A DNA stretch of 64,000 bases from Tubiluchus corallicola (GCA_030141605.1 JAQGDQ010000427.1:1-64000), one strand, 5' to 3'. Shown: positions 24,805-38,250, counted from the stretch's first letter. Made by a program: numbers and translations. Notes: a model not told the origin generated them from the letters alone.

Positions 24805-24976
24805 CACCAATGTCATGATTCAGATATGACGTCTTGACGATTATTTGACTATTTATTTTCAGTAGTGCCACTAATATGCAAACAATGCTCAAGGAAAGGC
24901 CACACTTAATCCACAGAGCCTTCGAAGACATTTTCTGTATTAACATTTCTATACGTTTTCTACTATTTGTATTCAT
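24805..24976 (-). CDS. carbohydrate sulfotransferase exon 1 (type II membrane anchor)
   Basis: MNTNSRKRIEMLIQKMSSKALWIKCGLSLSIVCILVALLKINSQ...: basic tail plus TM helix; consensus donor G|GTGAGT at 24805/24804, phase 1, joins exon 2 in frame (G+AT=Asp). Alternative ATGs at 24946 and 24931. Confidence 0.75.
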
Positions 24977-25409
24977 AACAGTGTTTACGAGAACTGTTGC
25001 GAAACGAAATAATCGAGTAAAATTATTTTTATTTGCGCTAAAAAAATTTATACTTTTCTGGGCTGTGGGTAACACAGCAGCTGCGACAGTCCTAAGTATA
25101 CAAACGTGGCCGTGAAGTGAAAGTAACGGGCAAAACAGCGCCGACCATTTCGTGTAACTGTTTTACAGGATGTTTGAGTATTGCCGATTTTAGTTCACAA
25201 ATTTAAATGCCGCACGTGTGTAAGAAGAGTGTCAGTTAACTCGCGGCTACATCTCATTATTGCTAATCGACAAGCAAGCAGGCTAGGCGTGTTTTACCTG
25301 TTCTCCTAGCAAACACCACCTAGCAATGGCCAAGCAAGCGCTCTTTCATCTCTCAAATGACGGGCTACTAGCAATATACTGGGCTAATTAGCGTCAAACG
25401 TCTATTATC

Positions 25410-25880
25410 ATCATTATTTTTATTTTTTATTTTATTTATTTATTTTTATTTTATTCATTTTAGATTTATTTCATGCATTTAAAAGTACATAGCATTGTAT
25501 AAAAATTAAAAAAGCACTCTGCTATACTATGAAATCACAATAGAATCTAATAAAGTATTTACATATATACTTTCACATCCAGACACAAAACATAAAAACA
25601 CAAGACAGATCGCTAAAGATACGATATACAAAGGCATGAAATCCAATAAAAGTCAATTAAAATGGAAAAGATGTTGATTTCATAATGCAAAACAAAGTTT
25701 GTACCAGTTCGTCTTTATAACTGTATTGTGATATGCAGAGTAAACATATAATTTATCAATTATATCACTGGGTATCTCGGTCAGTCCATATATAAACGAC
25801 CCTGTTATCGTTCGAGCAATAACGTGCTAGGAATATTAAAATTTACAAATTTTTCACTTATGGTGCATCTTCCCTAAATG
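25410..25880 (-). mobile_element. decayed LINE 3' end with A-rich tail
   Basis: - strand reads ISEKFVNFNIPS, similar in style to the C-terminus of the LINE at 42341; followed by AAATA-rich tail. Confidence 0.35.
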
Positions 25881-27373
25881 TTGAAAAGCTAGGAAATGCA
25901 TTATTGTCAGCCACCTTTAAAAAAGGCGGACTGTGAGGACTTGGGTTTCAATTTACCTGTAAGTGACTCGTTGAATTGATTTAGCTAGGACGGGCAAACA
26001 AAAACTACTCTCTAGATTGCTAAAATTTTCTTTCACACGCAAAACTGATGCAAGACCCTTTAAAGGAGTATTTGAGAAAAGACAAAGGCAGACTGATGTA
26101 GTAGCAATTTAAAGTAAACTTAAAATTAGATATAGCCTTCGTAAAGAAGTTCGTGATTTAATTCAACAAATGCGAGACTAAATTAGTGAATGGAACGAGG
26201 AAATAGAGAAGAAGGACGCAGATGACATTTCTATGAGTTTTAGCGCGCGAAAGAACGTCAAACAAACAGATGGATATTGGAGACACGCCAACAAGTACCC
26301 CTACTAAACTGCGTTTTGTTTAATAGCTGATCCATTTGCAACAAGCTACATGACTTGGATAGGTTCCTGTTGCAAAACAATAACGTTGTTACCGTTACGG
26401 AAGCCTGACTGGGAAATGGTTACGCTGGAGACGGGGTAACGTATACGAAATACCAAGTCTTGCTGATGTAATGATAAGAATATTAACATGTTCATCTCTG
26501 CCTTGTTTGATTTTTTTTAAGTAACATTTTTGAGAATAACGGCACAGAGGAGAGGTGATTTAAGATGGAGTTTCCCAACTAATGTAATTCTTGTCTTGCT
26601 GTTTCTTCGACAGATTAGATTCTGCAGAAAGTTAAAGGGAAAGAAAGGGCAATTTCAATGTATATCCCAAAAAAAATTTCATACGAAAGTAATATTACTT
26701 AGAATTGCGTTTAGCTATTTGAAAAACTTATTTAATTGAAAAACAAAACTCTTTTAAGATATATTAAAATAATTTAAAATGTTGGCGCCAGCGAGGAAAA
26801 CAGCACTGCATCCCAGTGTGCACCACTGATTCACCAAAAACACATTATTGATTTTGTTGATAATATAAAGTACATATAAACTATTGCTTAGTTAGCGAAG
26901 AGTACGAATGCTCTGATTATATTTTAAAAACTTTTGAGCACTGTTATCTCAACTTTTTTTTCAAATGACTTACAGTTAAAATGGCTGAGTCTAACAGAGT
27001 TTATATTTCATATTTCATACAGCGTCACTGCTAATACAAATTCTGTGGGCAATAAGACAGTTACTCTATTTCAAGAAGAATTTTTAAGCTTGATTTCTGA
27101 AGTGTGTTTTACTGTGCTTTAAGAATGGGTAAAATAAGGACATTAACAATAAAATAAAATAAAAAAAGTGAAATATGACTGTTTAGAAAATGAGAAAATG
27201 AAATTATTGATTGTTATAACTGATTACAATCCACATTAGAAGCATTTCATCTGCTGCGCATTTCATCTGCAGTTTTCATGATAAACATTACAGACGAACA
27301 TTTTATTGACTTTAATTGGGCGTTAACTTTTTCTCCAAATTGGTTGAAACTTGTTTAGTTTAGGTAAAACTAA

Positions 27374-27660
27374 GGCCCATTTCACACTGGGTGCGCTAAG
27401 AAAATTCGGAATTGCTGTTAGAGAATCAGAAAATGTTCACAACATTTCCGTTTTTCACACAGAAATCACGTGATTTTTACGCGTGTCCAGCTACTTCGCG
27501 AATTACAAACTTGTAGCGATTATATATGTAATATATATTATTAATCTCCATCTTTTTGCTGGGCGCTTAATAATATTATTTCAGAATTAATTATACCGTC
27601 GTTACTTGTTCCATTGAATTAACTAAACAAGAGAGCAGCGAACGTGAGAAATTTTACTGT
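27374..27660 (+). mobile_element. PIF/Harbinger-like terminus; second copy at ~56475-56730
   Basis: TAA followed by GGCCCATTTCACACTGGG; both copies share upstream flank. Confidence 0.5.
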
Positions 27661-27828
27661 TACTCTAAAGACTAGACGAATTTTCAGAAAAGTAGAACCC
27701 TGGAAGCGTTTTTTTTCTAAATGTGGGTAACATAGTCAGTTTTATAAATTTTACTCCGCTGAACCCAGAAAAAGCCATTACCATTTCCAGCAAACTTTAG
27801 CAGAAAGGGTAGAAAACGCAGAAAATTT

Positions 27829-28260
27829 AAGGTAAGGTTAGGTAAGGTAAGGTAAGGTAAGGTAAGGTACGGTAAGGTAAGGTAGGGTAAGGAAAGCTAA
27901 GGTAGGGTAAGGTAAGGTCAGATAGGGTAAGGTAGGGTAAGGTAAGGTGAGGTGAGGTGAGGTGAGGTGAGGTGAGGTGAGGTGAGGTGAGGTGAGGTTA
28001 GGTAAGGTAAGGTAAGGTAAGGTAAGGTAAGGTAAGGTAAGGTAAGGTAAGGAAAGGAAAGGAAAGGAAAGGAAAGGAAAGGAAAGGAAAGGAAAGGAAA
28101 GGAAAGGAAAGGAAAGGAAGGGTAAGGTAGGGTAGGGTAAGGCAGGGTAAGGTAAGGTAAGGTAAGGTAAGGTAAGGTAAGGTAAGGTAAGGTAAGGTAA
28201 GGTAAGGTAAGGTAAGGTAAGGTAAGGTAAGGTTAGGTAAGGTAAAGTAAGATAAGGTAA
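27829..28260. repeat. compound pentanucleotide microsatellite (GGTAA)n/(GGTGA)n/(GGAAA)n
   Basis: Direct reading, ~430 bp. Confidence 0.97.
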
Positions 28261-28425
28261 AATAAATTTTATTCGATGCAATTATCTACGTGAAAAAAGT
28301 GAGCAGCTGAAGTTCTTTTCTACAACAAAAAGCAACAAAATATAAAAATACATCGGAAAAATAAAAATACAAACAGACATCTTAAAATGTGATTTAGTCA
28401 CGGGTTTAAAAAGGGAAGCCGCAAT

Positions 28426-28840
28426 CAGGGGCGTATTAACCAATAGTCTAACTAGGCTATAGCCTAGGGCGCCAAAGTTTGAAAGGCGTTACGTTTAGAA
28501 AAAATTATTCTCGTCAGAAAATGTGTATACTTTCAAATTTATATAATGGGCGCATTTCATAACAAACCACAGGCTGTTACTGAGCAATACTATTATATAA
28601 ACTCCAATTAAGGCAGTGCATGATAGTACACAACAAGCAACTACGCAGAATATACTCGCTATGTAAATGCATGTAATTAAGAATGACAACGTAGAAACTT
28701 AGTCTATGTTAATAGCGTTTCTAATACACCACAAGTAATTGCTAAATGTGCTCATTACATAAGCAACCATAAATTCACAAAGGAGATGACAAGACAGAGC
28801 TATCAGCTTAGGGCGCCGTAAAGACTTGATACGCCCCCTG
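28426..28840. mobile_element. MITE (~415 bp), hAT-like ends
   Basis: CAGGGGCGTAT ... ATACGCCCCCTG with subterminal TAGGGCGCC motifs; TSD not clear. Confidence 0.65.
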
Positions 28841-28849
28841 TTGCAACAG

Positions 28850-30384
28850 CAAACATTCCGCGTTTTTACTTGTGCCTCATTTTTACTGTTCTATGGACTG
28901 TAAATGTCTGAAATAAAATAAAATTATCCTGCAGACCATTTCTCTCCTTATGGCAATACGCTTATTTTTACCGGGGGGGGGGGCGCCTTAATGAATTTCA
29001 AAAAAATTTCACTGCCCCTTTCGTTAGAAGGCAGCAATGCCCCGAAACTTGGTGTCTTTTTATTTCGTTTTTCTGTGACTTTTTATTTATATTCTCATTT
29101 TTTAATTTTTCGATTTTTGGCAGCTTTTAAATCTTTCTTATAATTGCATACACTTCGTAGGAATACGAAAATGGTTCTGTATAAAGCTGGCACTTTTATA
29201 CAAGCAGCATTATTTGCATTGAAGTATAATCTTGTTCTATTAGAATATAGAGATTCAAATATAATAAAAGATCTAGTCTTAAAATGATTAATTTTCTATT
29301 ATGTAAACATCTTATTTTATATACGTATATACGTCTTTTCTATCCCTAAATGACTTACAGCAGTCTGCGAGCAACGAATTTGAAATCAATATCTACTTTT
29401 CTATTCTGACCGTATGGTCTGTACTTGTAGCTCACAGCCTCTGCCGTCATTAAATATTTCATCAATTTCTGCTTCAAGCTCTGCAGAGATCCTTTCTATT
29501 AAAGTCAATGTAAATCCTAAAAAACTGATTTCTATTTCATACATAATTAATTGATAGTTAATTTAATTAGATGCATCTAGTAAATGAATCAGATCTTTTG
29601 TTCTGTTACCTCAAAACGCCGAGCTTATTTCTTGCTTTTTGTTCATTCAATTTGCCATCGAAATCATAACGGTTGTGATATAATAAAATAACAATAGAGA
29701 TGTGGAGATCAGAGAGAAAGAGGGAGAGAGAGCGAGTGGGGAAGAGAGAGAGGCAGAGAGACAGCGCGTTCATTATCTTGAATGTTAAAACTTGAAAGAC
29801 AGAAAATTTGTTGCACAAAGTTTTGTATCGAAATTTAATTATTTGTGGGTTCGTAACATCAAGCCATTGATAAGACTCATTTAAAACTACAGGGAGTCGA
29901 GTCTGTACAGTGCTCTACAGTGCCGACCAACCTGCTAGTCAGAAATTTAAGAGGGGGGGGAGACATGTTGTGAGCATCACAAATGAGTAATTGTTGAAGA
30001 ACTGACGCAGCACAGTGCAAAATAAATTACCATTTCTTCATTTTGACGATAAAATATTTATTGATATTTATGTAAACCTCTAATATTCCGATGTCGCAAA
30101 AACGTGAACAAATTTTTATTACGATTTTATAAAAATGAAATAACGAAATTTCATGAAATTAAGACGCTGATGCTGCACTCCAAACTAATTAATAACTAAT
30201 ACGTGACTAATACTGCCTGACTCCCTTTGTTTTAACATCATTTTGTATTCCATACATATTTAAACTGTAATTAATTCAGTTAGATGCTTCAGATAAATGA
30301 CTCACACCTTCTGTTTTATGTTTGGTCAAGCAAAAGCCTGATTTAATATTCTTGGCGTATTTAATGAGTGCGTTTTCTTAACTC

Positions 30385-30430
<46 letters not shown>

Positions 30431-31300
30431 GAATAAATATTGGACTCACACAGCGCTTATTTTATACCTGGATCAAAAAATATATAAAAACCAGAGAAAA
30501 TGTATATTATGTTTTAGCTTACAATGATTAGGGAATACGTACATGATGTATAAGTGTGTTTCTAAAAAAAAGCTAATAAAGTTTTTGAATTGCTGAGGAT
30601 CGTTCTCATTGTCAAATAGAAAAGCGTCATTGTCAATAATAATATTACTATGATTCCCCTGATTGCTAACGTTCAAATAAACTTGCATTGAGTGTTAAAA
30701 TTTGGTGTGAAACAAAAGTGAGGATGTTAATCAGGTTTCATGATTCACCTGATAAATTGATCATCTGGTGTAAGACAAAGAGTTAAATTATTTAAGTAGG
30801 TACTGGTGATTCACCTGATAAACTGAACATCTGTGGTGTAAGACAAAGAGTTAATTTATTTAAGTAGGTACTGGTGATTCACCTGATAAACTGAACATCT
30901 GTGGTGTAAGACAAAGAGTTAATGGATTAAACAGGTACAGGTGATTCACCTGATAAATTGAGCATCTGATTTAAGACAAAGAGCGAAGGCTTTAAATAAC
31001 GTTGCAATGATTCATCTGATTTATAATGTTTAATTAAATGTGCCTAAAGATTTGAACATCTGCTAGAAGAGTAAAGTGTTACAATATGCACACCAGTGAT
31101 TCAATCGATTGATAATGTCTGTTTTAATAATATAAATGAAAGTTCAAAACTTCAGTAAGACTTTAAGCTGATATTAAAAAAAATGAGGTCTGCATATTCG
31201 CAAAAGATCTATTTACAAGCCTAGAAATCAATTTTGGTGTCTAAACAAACGCATATAAACAGTTTTATAGCTTACACAAGTTATATAAGACTTATTGTTA
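28850..31300 (-). repeat. inverted copy of the composite repeat (homologous to parts of 1580-5400)
   Basis: Reverse-complement matches to 4620-5400, 3850-4430 and 1600-2700; includes (GA)n at 30388-30427 and the 66-bp minisatellite. Confidence 0.88.
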
Positions 31301-32966
31301 AAACGATATGAAATAATAACGATTATTATGATAATAATGATACTGCTCTCCTGCCTTTTTTATGTTTTACTGCCTAGTTTATTTTTCATGTAGTTCCCTA
31401 GAACTTTTAGAACACGTGGGTAACAAAACAAATTTCTGACAAGCATACAGACATTGGTTTAATACAAAATATGATCAAGCATATGTGGAGGTGGCAGGGA
31501 TAACAAAGATCGATGATCATATTGCACCAGGTGCTCACTATAATGTTCACTGATGATGAAAGTCTAACCGACTCACAAATTTTATTCCAAATAGGCGGAA
31601 TTGAACACTAAAAGAAATCATGATGACCTGTTTTGGTATTTGAAGAAGGAATATCACGATAAACAAGTTGAACTTATTTTATAACTGACTTACCCAACAG
31701 CAATTTGGCAGAGAAACTTTAGCGCCGCGTTACTTAATAATTCAGTAATTAATTTATTTCTATCACGCGGGAAAAGTCATGGAACGCTCTTTGCGCCTCT
31801 CCCCGGGAAACCTGCGAAACAGCGCAGTTTGCGCAGCTACGTCACAGGCAGTATGGCGGTAGAGCGATACATTAGTCATTACGATGTTTTTGTCTACAGC
31901 TTTTACAGTTGATTTACTGTACTTGACCTTGTCTCCGACAGTAAGTCAGCTGATAAAATTGTCATTACATGCCTTCACCTCATTAATGGAATTCCATCAA
32001 GTTTGTAAGACAAAAACAATTATTTTTCCGCCGTATCGTGATAGTTCTAAGTGCATACAAGAACAATAATAATACTTCAACAAATGTGTGATCTCAGAGA
32101 GAAGTTGCGCAACAAATTGCGAGAGCATTTGCCAAACCGTTCACATGTTGCAACAAGTTGCGAGAGAAGTCTCTACGTCCGAACGCGCCATTACGATGTA
32201 AAATTTCTGTCAAATTAATTTCGATAGTCCAGCAAATAAATGAAATTGATTAGTTTGTCTAACGCACGCCAAATTTTTTTATATTTCTGTGAAAATGTAA
32301 ATATCCTTATAGCAGTTTATGTTGGTTTATTTGCATCATCTGACTCTAGCTGTTCTCACTTCGCTCAAGAAATAACTAAGAAATAGAATATAAACCAAAT
32401 CTATTGTTTTTCTCTGTTAATGATGACAACTCTCAGGAGAGATCTCTCGTATTTCAAACACATGTATTTATTTACTTCATTCACTTTGCATAAATGCAGC
32501 TCAGTACAACAATTTGCGCTCAGTGCAGTTTTACAATAGAACGAATGGTTCATAAAAAAGCAATTCGTGGTACGCACGAAGATAGGTAATTTAATGAGCT
32601 TAATGTCTATAAAATAAAAAAGTAAAAAATTAGGGCTATTAATGGTTCAATTTGCAGAATTACTTTCACAAAAGTAATAAATCATAAAAAAGGATTGTGC
32701 AGTGCTACATCAAATAGATAACAAAGTTAAAGAACATTGTCATAAGTGGCTTTCAACTTTAATTCTGAAATGATATATAAACATACACATTGTATTATGT
32801 ACAGATGGGAATGACATTGATCTAAATATCAGTCCATGTTTATATATTGAAATAATTACAGTCTGATGTCAGTGTTACTTTAAAAATTCAAATGCAAAAT
32901 TGGTGCAAGCATGACAAACATTTCAACTTAGAAAATTATATTAAAGCAATAATTTTAATAGTAATA

Positions 32967-33060
32967 CTATATATATATATATATATATTACTATATATAT
33001 ATTATTATATATTATATATTATTATTTTATTATTACATATATATATATATATATTTATTA
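32967..33060. repeat. (TA)n-rich low-complexity tract
   Basis: Direct reading. Confidence 0.9.
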
Positions 33061-33528
33061 TACTACATATAATAAACTCATTAAAATGCAGAAGCATAAA
33101 AGTTTAGCTAACTAGAAGTAGCTATAGTGTCTTTACTGAGTAACTGTATTGTCTGTAAAATTTAATTAATTCTGGAATGCGATAGCCAGTTACTGCAATC
33201 ATTACCATTTTGAGATGCTAATAGATCGACATTTTCACAAATATCTTTAAAACAGCAGAATAAATGGTCAAAACACAAACTATAAAATTTTGTGAAGCAC
33301 GCATTTTTTATTTTAATAAATGCATAACATGTAACTTGTAATCACAACTAGCAATGTTTTGATGCAGTAAATAAAAAACAAAGTTTCTGAATAATGTAAG
33401 CAATTTTAAATTAGAGCCATCTTATCATTTAAAGCAAAACCGGGCCCAATCTTAAACTGTAGGTCAAAACAATCTATTCTGTAAAATACTGAAAGTAAAC
33501 ATGCTATTTTTTCCCAAAAATAACTTAT

Positions 33529-34031
33529 ACCCGGTTTACACGTTCCGACAAGATCAGATTGTCGGACGAATCGTTTACACGATCAAAGTCCCCGACAAAA
33601 TCGGATGGTGTCGGACAGACTTTGTCGGATATCGTGTAAACGTACAAATTTAATATCCGACTTGTCGGACGATGTCGGATCACAGTCGGGAATTGCTCAA
33701 CTTTTCATGCGACAGTCTTCCGACTTTTGGGATAGCAGCTATAGTAACGCTTCTTGCGTTCACGTAACATTCTATAGCCTTAGTTTTAATACAAATAACG
33801 TATAAGGACAGACAATGCTGTATAAAAATGGTCAACGACAGGCGCTGTTCTACTACGGAAATAGAAATTTTAACAGTTTCATATAGAAAGCACGAATTCT
33901 TGTACAATACAAAAAGTAAACAGTATAAAAACAGAGATTGCCGCACGCAGAAATGTTTAAATTCCCTGACGGGTTTTGCCGACTTTGCCATCGAACAGAA
34001 TTGGATGAAGGTCCGAAAGTCGGCATTATGA
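33529..34031 (+). mobile_element. Harbinger-like end with truncated MADF (Myb/SANT-like) ORF 33828-34031
   Basis: ACCCGGTTTACACG start, clustered CCGACA/TGTCGG motifs; protein EIEILTVSYRKHEFLYNTKSKQYKNRDCR matches the MADF pattern LIxxYxxxxxLWDxxxxxYKNR. Confidence 0.68.
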
Positions 34032-36012
34032 GTAAGAATTACCCAAACACAATTTAACGCTCGCGCCACTAGTTCTTTGCCGCTACATGCATTTCGCCAT
34101 TCTCTAGTTAGACGGGTATTAGCACTTGCATTTTGGAAACGCATTACACAAAAAACAGGTGTTGTACCTCTCAGTTCAGATGTGTTAGTTTCTGACGAAC
34201 TATACACGTTCAACAGCGTGTGCACAGTAGTAAATTTGAATAATTATCTTATTAATACAACACACTGAATGTCTTACAGTAGCTCTGTACTTGAATTTTC
34301 GCTTTTGCAAACACATGGAACACGCTCGTAGAATTTTTTTCTGTAGAAAATTATGTTTGTTTTTGATGTCATCAATAATTGGGCTCGTAATCTATCAGAA
34401 ACGCTTTTGCAGTATTGATCGTGTTAAAATGTATGCTTTTTATCGGGACTCGAGAAATATATGACAAATCATTCTGTCTTCCTTTAAACTACAGCAAACA
34501 GCAGCTACTGTATTGATAAACAAATGATTACTATGGAACTACGCTGACTGGTACGTCACTCCAATATTGCTCACGTGACCAGGCAATTTTCTCGCCAGGG
34601 GGCGGCTGAAGGTCCATGCTCAATGGTGGCACAAGTAAGCGCGAGTTTTAAATTTAATTTTATGCGAACTTATATGACTAAAATTATTACGTGGCATTTG
34701 TGTCAAGAATGAGGTAAGTATTTGATTCGCAATTCATTCAAGAGTTAATGAAACTCAACTTGATTTTGATTGTTTCACCGTTTGAAATTAATGTATTTAA
34801 TATCGTGTTGTTTCTTCAACAGATTAAATAATGTGTAAAGTTAAAGGGGAGAAATGGAAATTTTTTAGTATTTTCAGTATAAATTTATATTTATTAAAAT
34901 TACGATTACCTATTGGAAAGAAGTATGTAATCGAAAAAATTCTTTACAATTTAAAATATTCGTGCCAGTTGGATAAAAGGCCTACATAGTGTGTAACACT
35001 GATTCACCATAGGAGACATTATTGATCTTATTGATAATATTACGAAATTTAAACTTTAGCTAATGTACGACGAATGTTGTGATTATTTTTTCAAACAATG
35101 TTATCTAAACTTCTTTCAAACAACAATGGCTGCATGTAACGGCCCTAGTTTTATACGGCGCTGTTAGTTTAAATTCCCCAGTTTTATACGGTGTTACTGT
35201 TAATACAACCTGTATGCAATAAGGCAGTATGCAAAATTTCAAGGCGAATTTTTAAGCTTTATTTATGAAGCTTGTTTTCTTGTACTTCAACAGTGAATAA
35301 AGAAACGTAAATATTAACGAAAAATAATATAAAAATGTGAAAAATAGGTATTTGCAAAGTGAGAAAAATGAATTATTGGTTGTTTTAACTTATTACTGCT
35401 CTCATTAACAGCATTTCAGCTGCAATTCTGTTGACGAAAATTACAGACGAATATTTTATTAACTTTTATAGTTAAAACCAAACAATTTTATTAAAACTTT
35501 TACATAAAAAAGCCAAAATCATGCCAAACGTTTCAACATGCTGCCGCTGTAACAAGTAACATCATAAGTAACAAGGAAATTTAAAAACGTACAACGAGTT
35601 CATAAAGGCAGAGCTTATTATGCACAAATTAAGTAGTTAACAGAAGCCGAATAGGTAATGAATAAATTGACCAGTAAAAAAATTGATACAGTAACTTAAA
35701 CACTAATTATGTATTTACAAAATCCAAATAGCAGACCTGAAGAAAAAAAATTGATACAGTAACAAACAGCTGAGTGTTTGAAAATAAAGGTGAAGGAATT
35801 GAACTGCTTTGTACAATAAGAGAAGGCTTATTAGGGTACACAGATAAACTTTCTTTTATTACCCTAATGTACCCTAATTATGTATTGTTGTGTCGAAGTA
35901 TAGCGGCGGCCATTACGTTTCCGCTTTGCCAGTTCTAGTTGAAGGTGTCATAACTTTATGGCATAAGCATCTCATACAGGCAGTTTTTCTGATTTGTTTA
36001 AAAGAATGTTAT

Positions 36013-36451
36013 TTAGCTGTTTGACTGCAGACACATCACTACATGATGAATGATCAGTTTTCTGCAATGATAATCGCCGACCAAATTGTCGTTCGTTTCT
36101 GACCGATTTTCTTTGGTAATTTTTCTTGGAGAATAAAGAGACTTGCATCCTGGTGAGTTAGCTTCAGTTTCAACTGTGTCAAAGTTTCGACGTTTTTTTG
36201 CATCATTAGCAACAAAAGAATGTAGAACTGGTGGTCTTCTTCTTGGCAACACTGTTGAAGATGGATTTTTCAGCTGCTGAAACAATGTCGACTTGCCTAC
36301 ATTTGCTTTTAGCCGATTTTTCAAGTTACATGTATTTTGAAACATTATATCTTCAAAGTGGGTAGCACATAGTCGGTTAGTTTTGTATATAGTTTCTGGA
36401 TCTTTTTTCAACAGATCTTGCTGCCGACAAAGTGGAGTCCACTCTTTGGAC
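36013..36451 (-). CDS. THAP protein B, exon 2
   Basis: Acceptor TTTTTAG|G at 36452/36451; RSKEWTPLCRQQDLL...RLCATHFEDIMF...RLKANVGKSTLF. Confidence 0.8.
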
Positions 36452-36832
36452 CTAAAAATTAGAAAGATTAAATATCTTAGCATGCAACCAAAAATTTCAT
36501 TTGCTTTACATTACAAAAAATAATAGTGTATACTGCATAGGATAGTTCTTGCAAACTAATTTGGTTTATATGATTCTCAGTGTTCAAAGTTTTATTTACT
36601 GTCCAACGCCAATTTAGTTAGTAGTATAGTGGACTAGATGGTATTATACCTGGTATTAATTACTGCAAATTATTACTTAAGTACATTTTCGAATTTGGCT
36701 TGTTAGCTTGCTGCTCCACAAACGAACAACAGTAGTAAGCCTAATAAACTAAATTATTTTTACAGCAGATGCAAATGATTTTAACTGAAAAGGTAACAAT
36801 AACAAAATTATTTTAACTGCAAAATTACAGAC

Positions 36833-36918
36833 CTCTTGTCATCTCGAGAAAATCTAAAAAAGCTGACATCTTTATTGTCGAGTTGATCACTTTTGCAACC
36901 CACGGCAGAACACCACAT
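36833..36918 (-). CDS. THAP protein B, exon 1 (not in ORF track)
   Basis: MWCSAVGCKSDQLDNKDVSFFRFSRDDK(R); phase-2 donor AG|GT at 36833/36832 joins exon 2 (AG+G=Arg). Confidence 0.8.
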
Positions 36919-37499
36919 TACACGGGATATCTATTGGTATCATTTTTTGCCTTCGTAAAAGCAGTAATCATGATCTTCCATTTCCAGTGGTTAAACTTAA
37001 AGTTAGCGCTTAAAATTTCCAAAATAAATTAACTAAAATGCAGTTAAATCTTAACATGAACAAACAAATTAGCGATTTCTACCGGCTAAAGTTTGCGCAT
37101 GCGCGGGCTCACGAAACCTTACTCGCAAAAGCGGAGTGTCCTAACTATTGTTTAAACTCTAATATGGCTCTCCCGCAATAGTGGCTGTGACGTAGATGCG
37201 CAGGCTGCACTACATCGCAGTTTTTCCCCGGTAGAGGCGCAAAGACCGCTCCATGATTTTCCCGCGGGATAAAATAAATTAGTCACTCAATTACTAAGTA
37301 ACGCAGCGGTAAAATTTTTTGCCAAATTACCGTCGTGTGAGTCAGTTGTAAAATAAGTTCAACTTTAATTTTCGTGATATTCCTCCTTTAATGTAGTCTA
37401 ATGTGGACGATCATTTAACATAGCCGACCTCAGCCGGTTTGTGTATTTCAGCCTTGAATCATAGGCTTTAGTGTCCGAGTCACACACAGATGAACGAAA

Positions 37500-38250
37500 A
37501 TGTAGCATCATATTGTAGGCCTTGGCGTATGAGGCATGAGTCTAATAATAATTTCACAATTTTAGGATTCTGGTAACATTTGCGACAGCTTGCAATTAAA
37601 ACTTTAAACTTGTGCATTTTAGATACAAGACCTTTTTAATTTTCAAATGTTATTTGCCATTTTCCAGCTGACCTAAAGTAGGTCTATCACTGCTGAACCC
37701 AAGTGAAAACGCTGTTTACAATTTCGCCAAAGTATACATTTTAAATGCATGAATTTTTTTGACGAATAGTGGTTAGGCTTTTGCTTTAAAAGTGCCGACT
37801 AAATCAAATACATATTATTCCCGTACCTAAATCTGGGTAAAGTTATTTAATTTAAAAATTTTACCTTAACTAAAATAAAAGCTCACCTGTGAAATTTTTT
37901 CGTTTAACACAAAACTTTTAGTTAAATTTGAAGCAATGTAACAATTGATTAGTGGTTAGGCTTTTGCTTAACCTACTAAAATGCCGACTAAACCAAATAC
38001 ATATTATTCCCGTACCTAGATCTGGGTAAAATTATTTCCTTAACTGAAATAAAAGCTTACCTATGAAAATTTTTCGTTTAACACAAAACTTTTAGTTAAA
38101 TTTGAAGCAATGTAACAATTGAAACATTCTGTCTAATTTGATCACGCACCATGCAAGCCGCCATAATTATGACCATAGAAGCTTTATGCTCAGATCACGT
38201 GTCATTCTCGCTCACTCGGCGCCAATGCTGCGAAACATGGCGGCCTTAAA
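37500..38250 (+). repeat. dispersed repeat (homologue at ~57375-57950) with internal ~180-bp tandem duplication 37769-38122
   Basis: AGTGGTTAGGCTTTTGCTT...AATTTGAAGCAATGTAACAATTGA occurs twice here, once at 57630-57800. Confidence 0.85.

Larger units (their letters stand above)
31640..37391 (-). mobile_element. ~5.75 kb Kolobok-like DNA transposon derivative with ~220-bp imperfect TIRs and a THAP gene
   Basis: 31640-31860 (TTGAAGAAGGAATATCACGA...GCTACGTCACAG) is the inverted homologue of 37170-37391 (CTGTGACGTAG...CGTGATATTCCTCCTTTAA); THAP ATG lies ~470 bp inside the right end. Confidence 0.62.

Noticed and set aside
26040-26310. Coding-like charged stretch (RKEVRDLIQQMRD*ISEWNEEIEKK)
   Set aside because: Internal stops and no assignable family.
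33680-34225. 181-aa minus-strand ORF
   Set aside because: Antisense to the MADF fragment and spans unrelated repeats.
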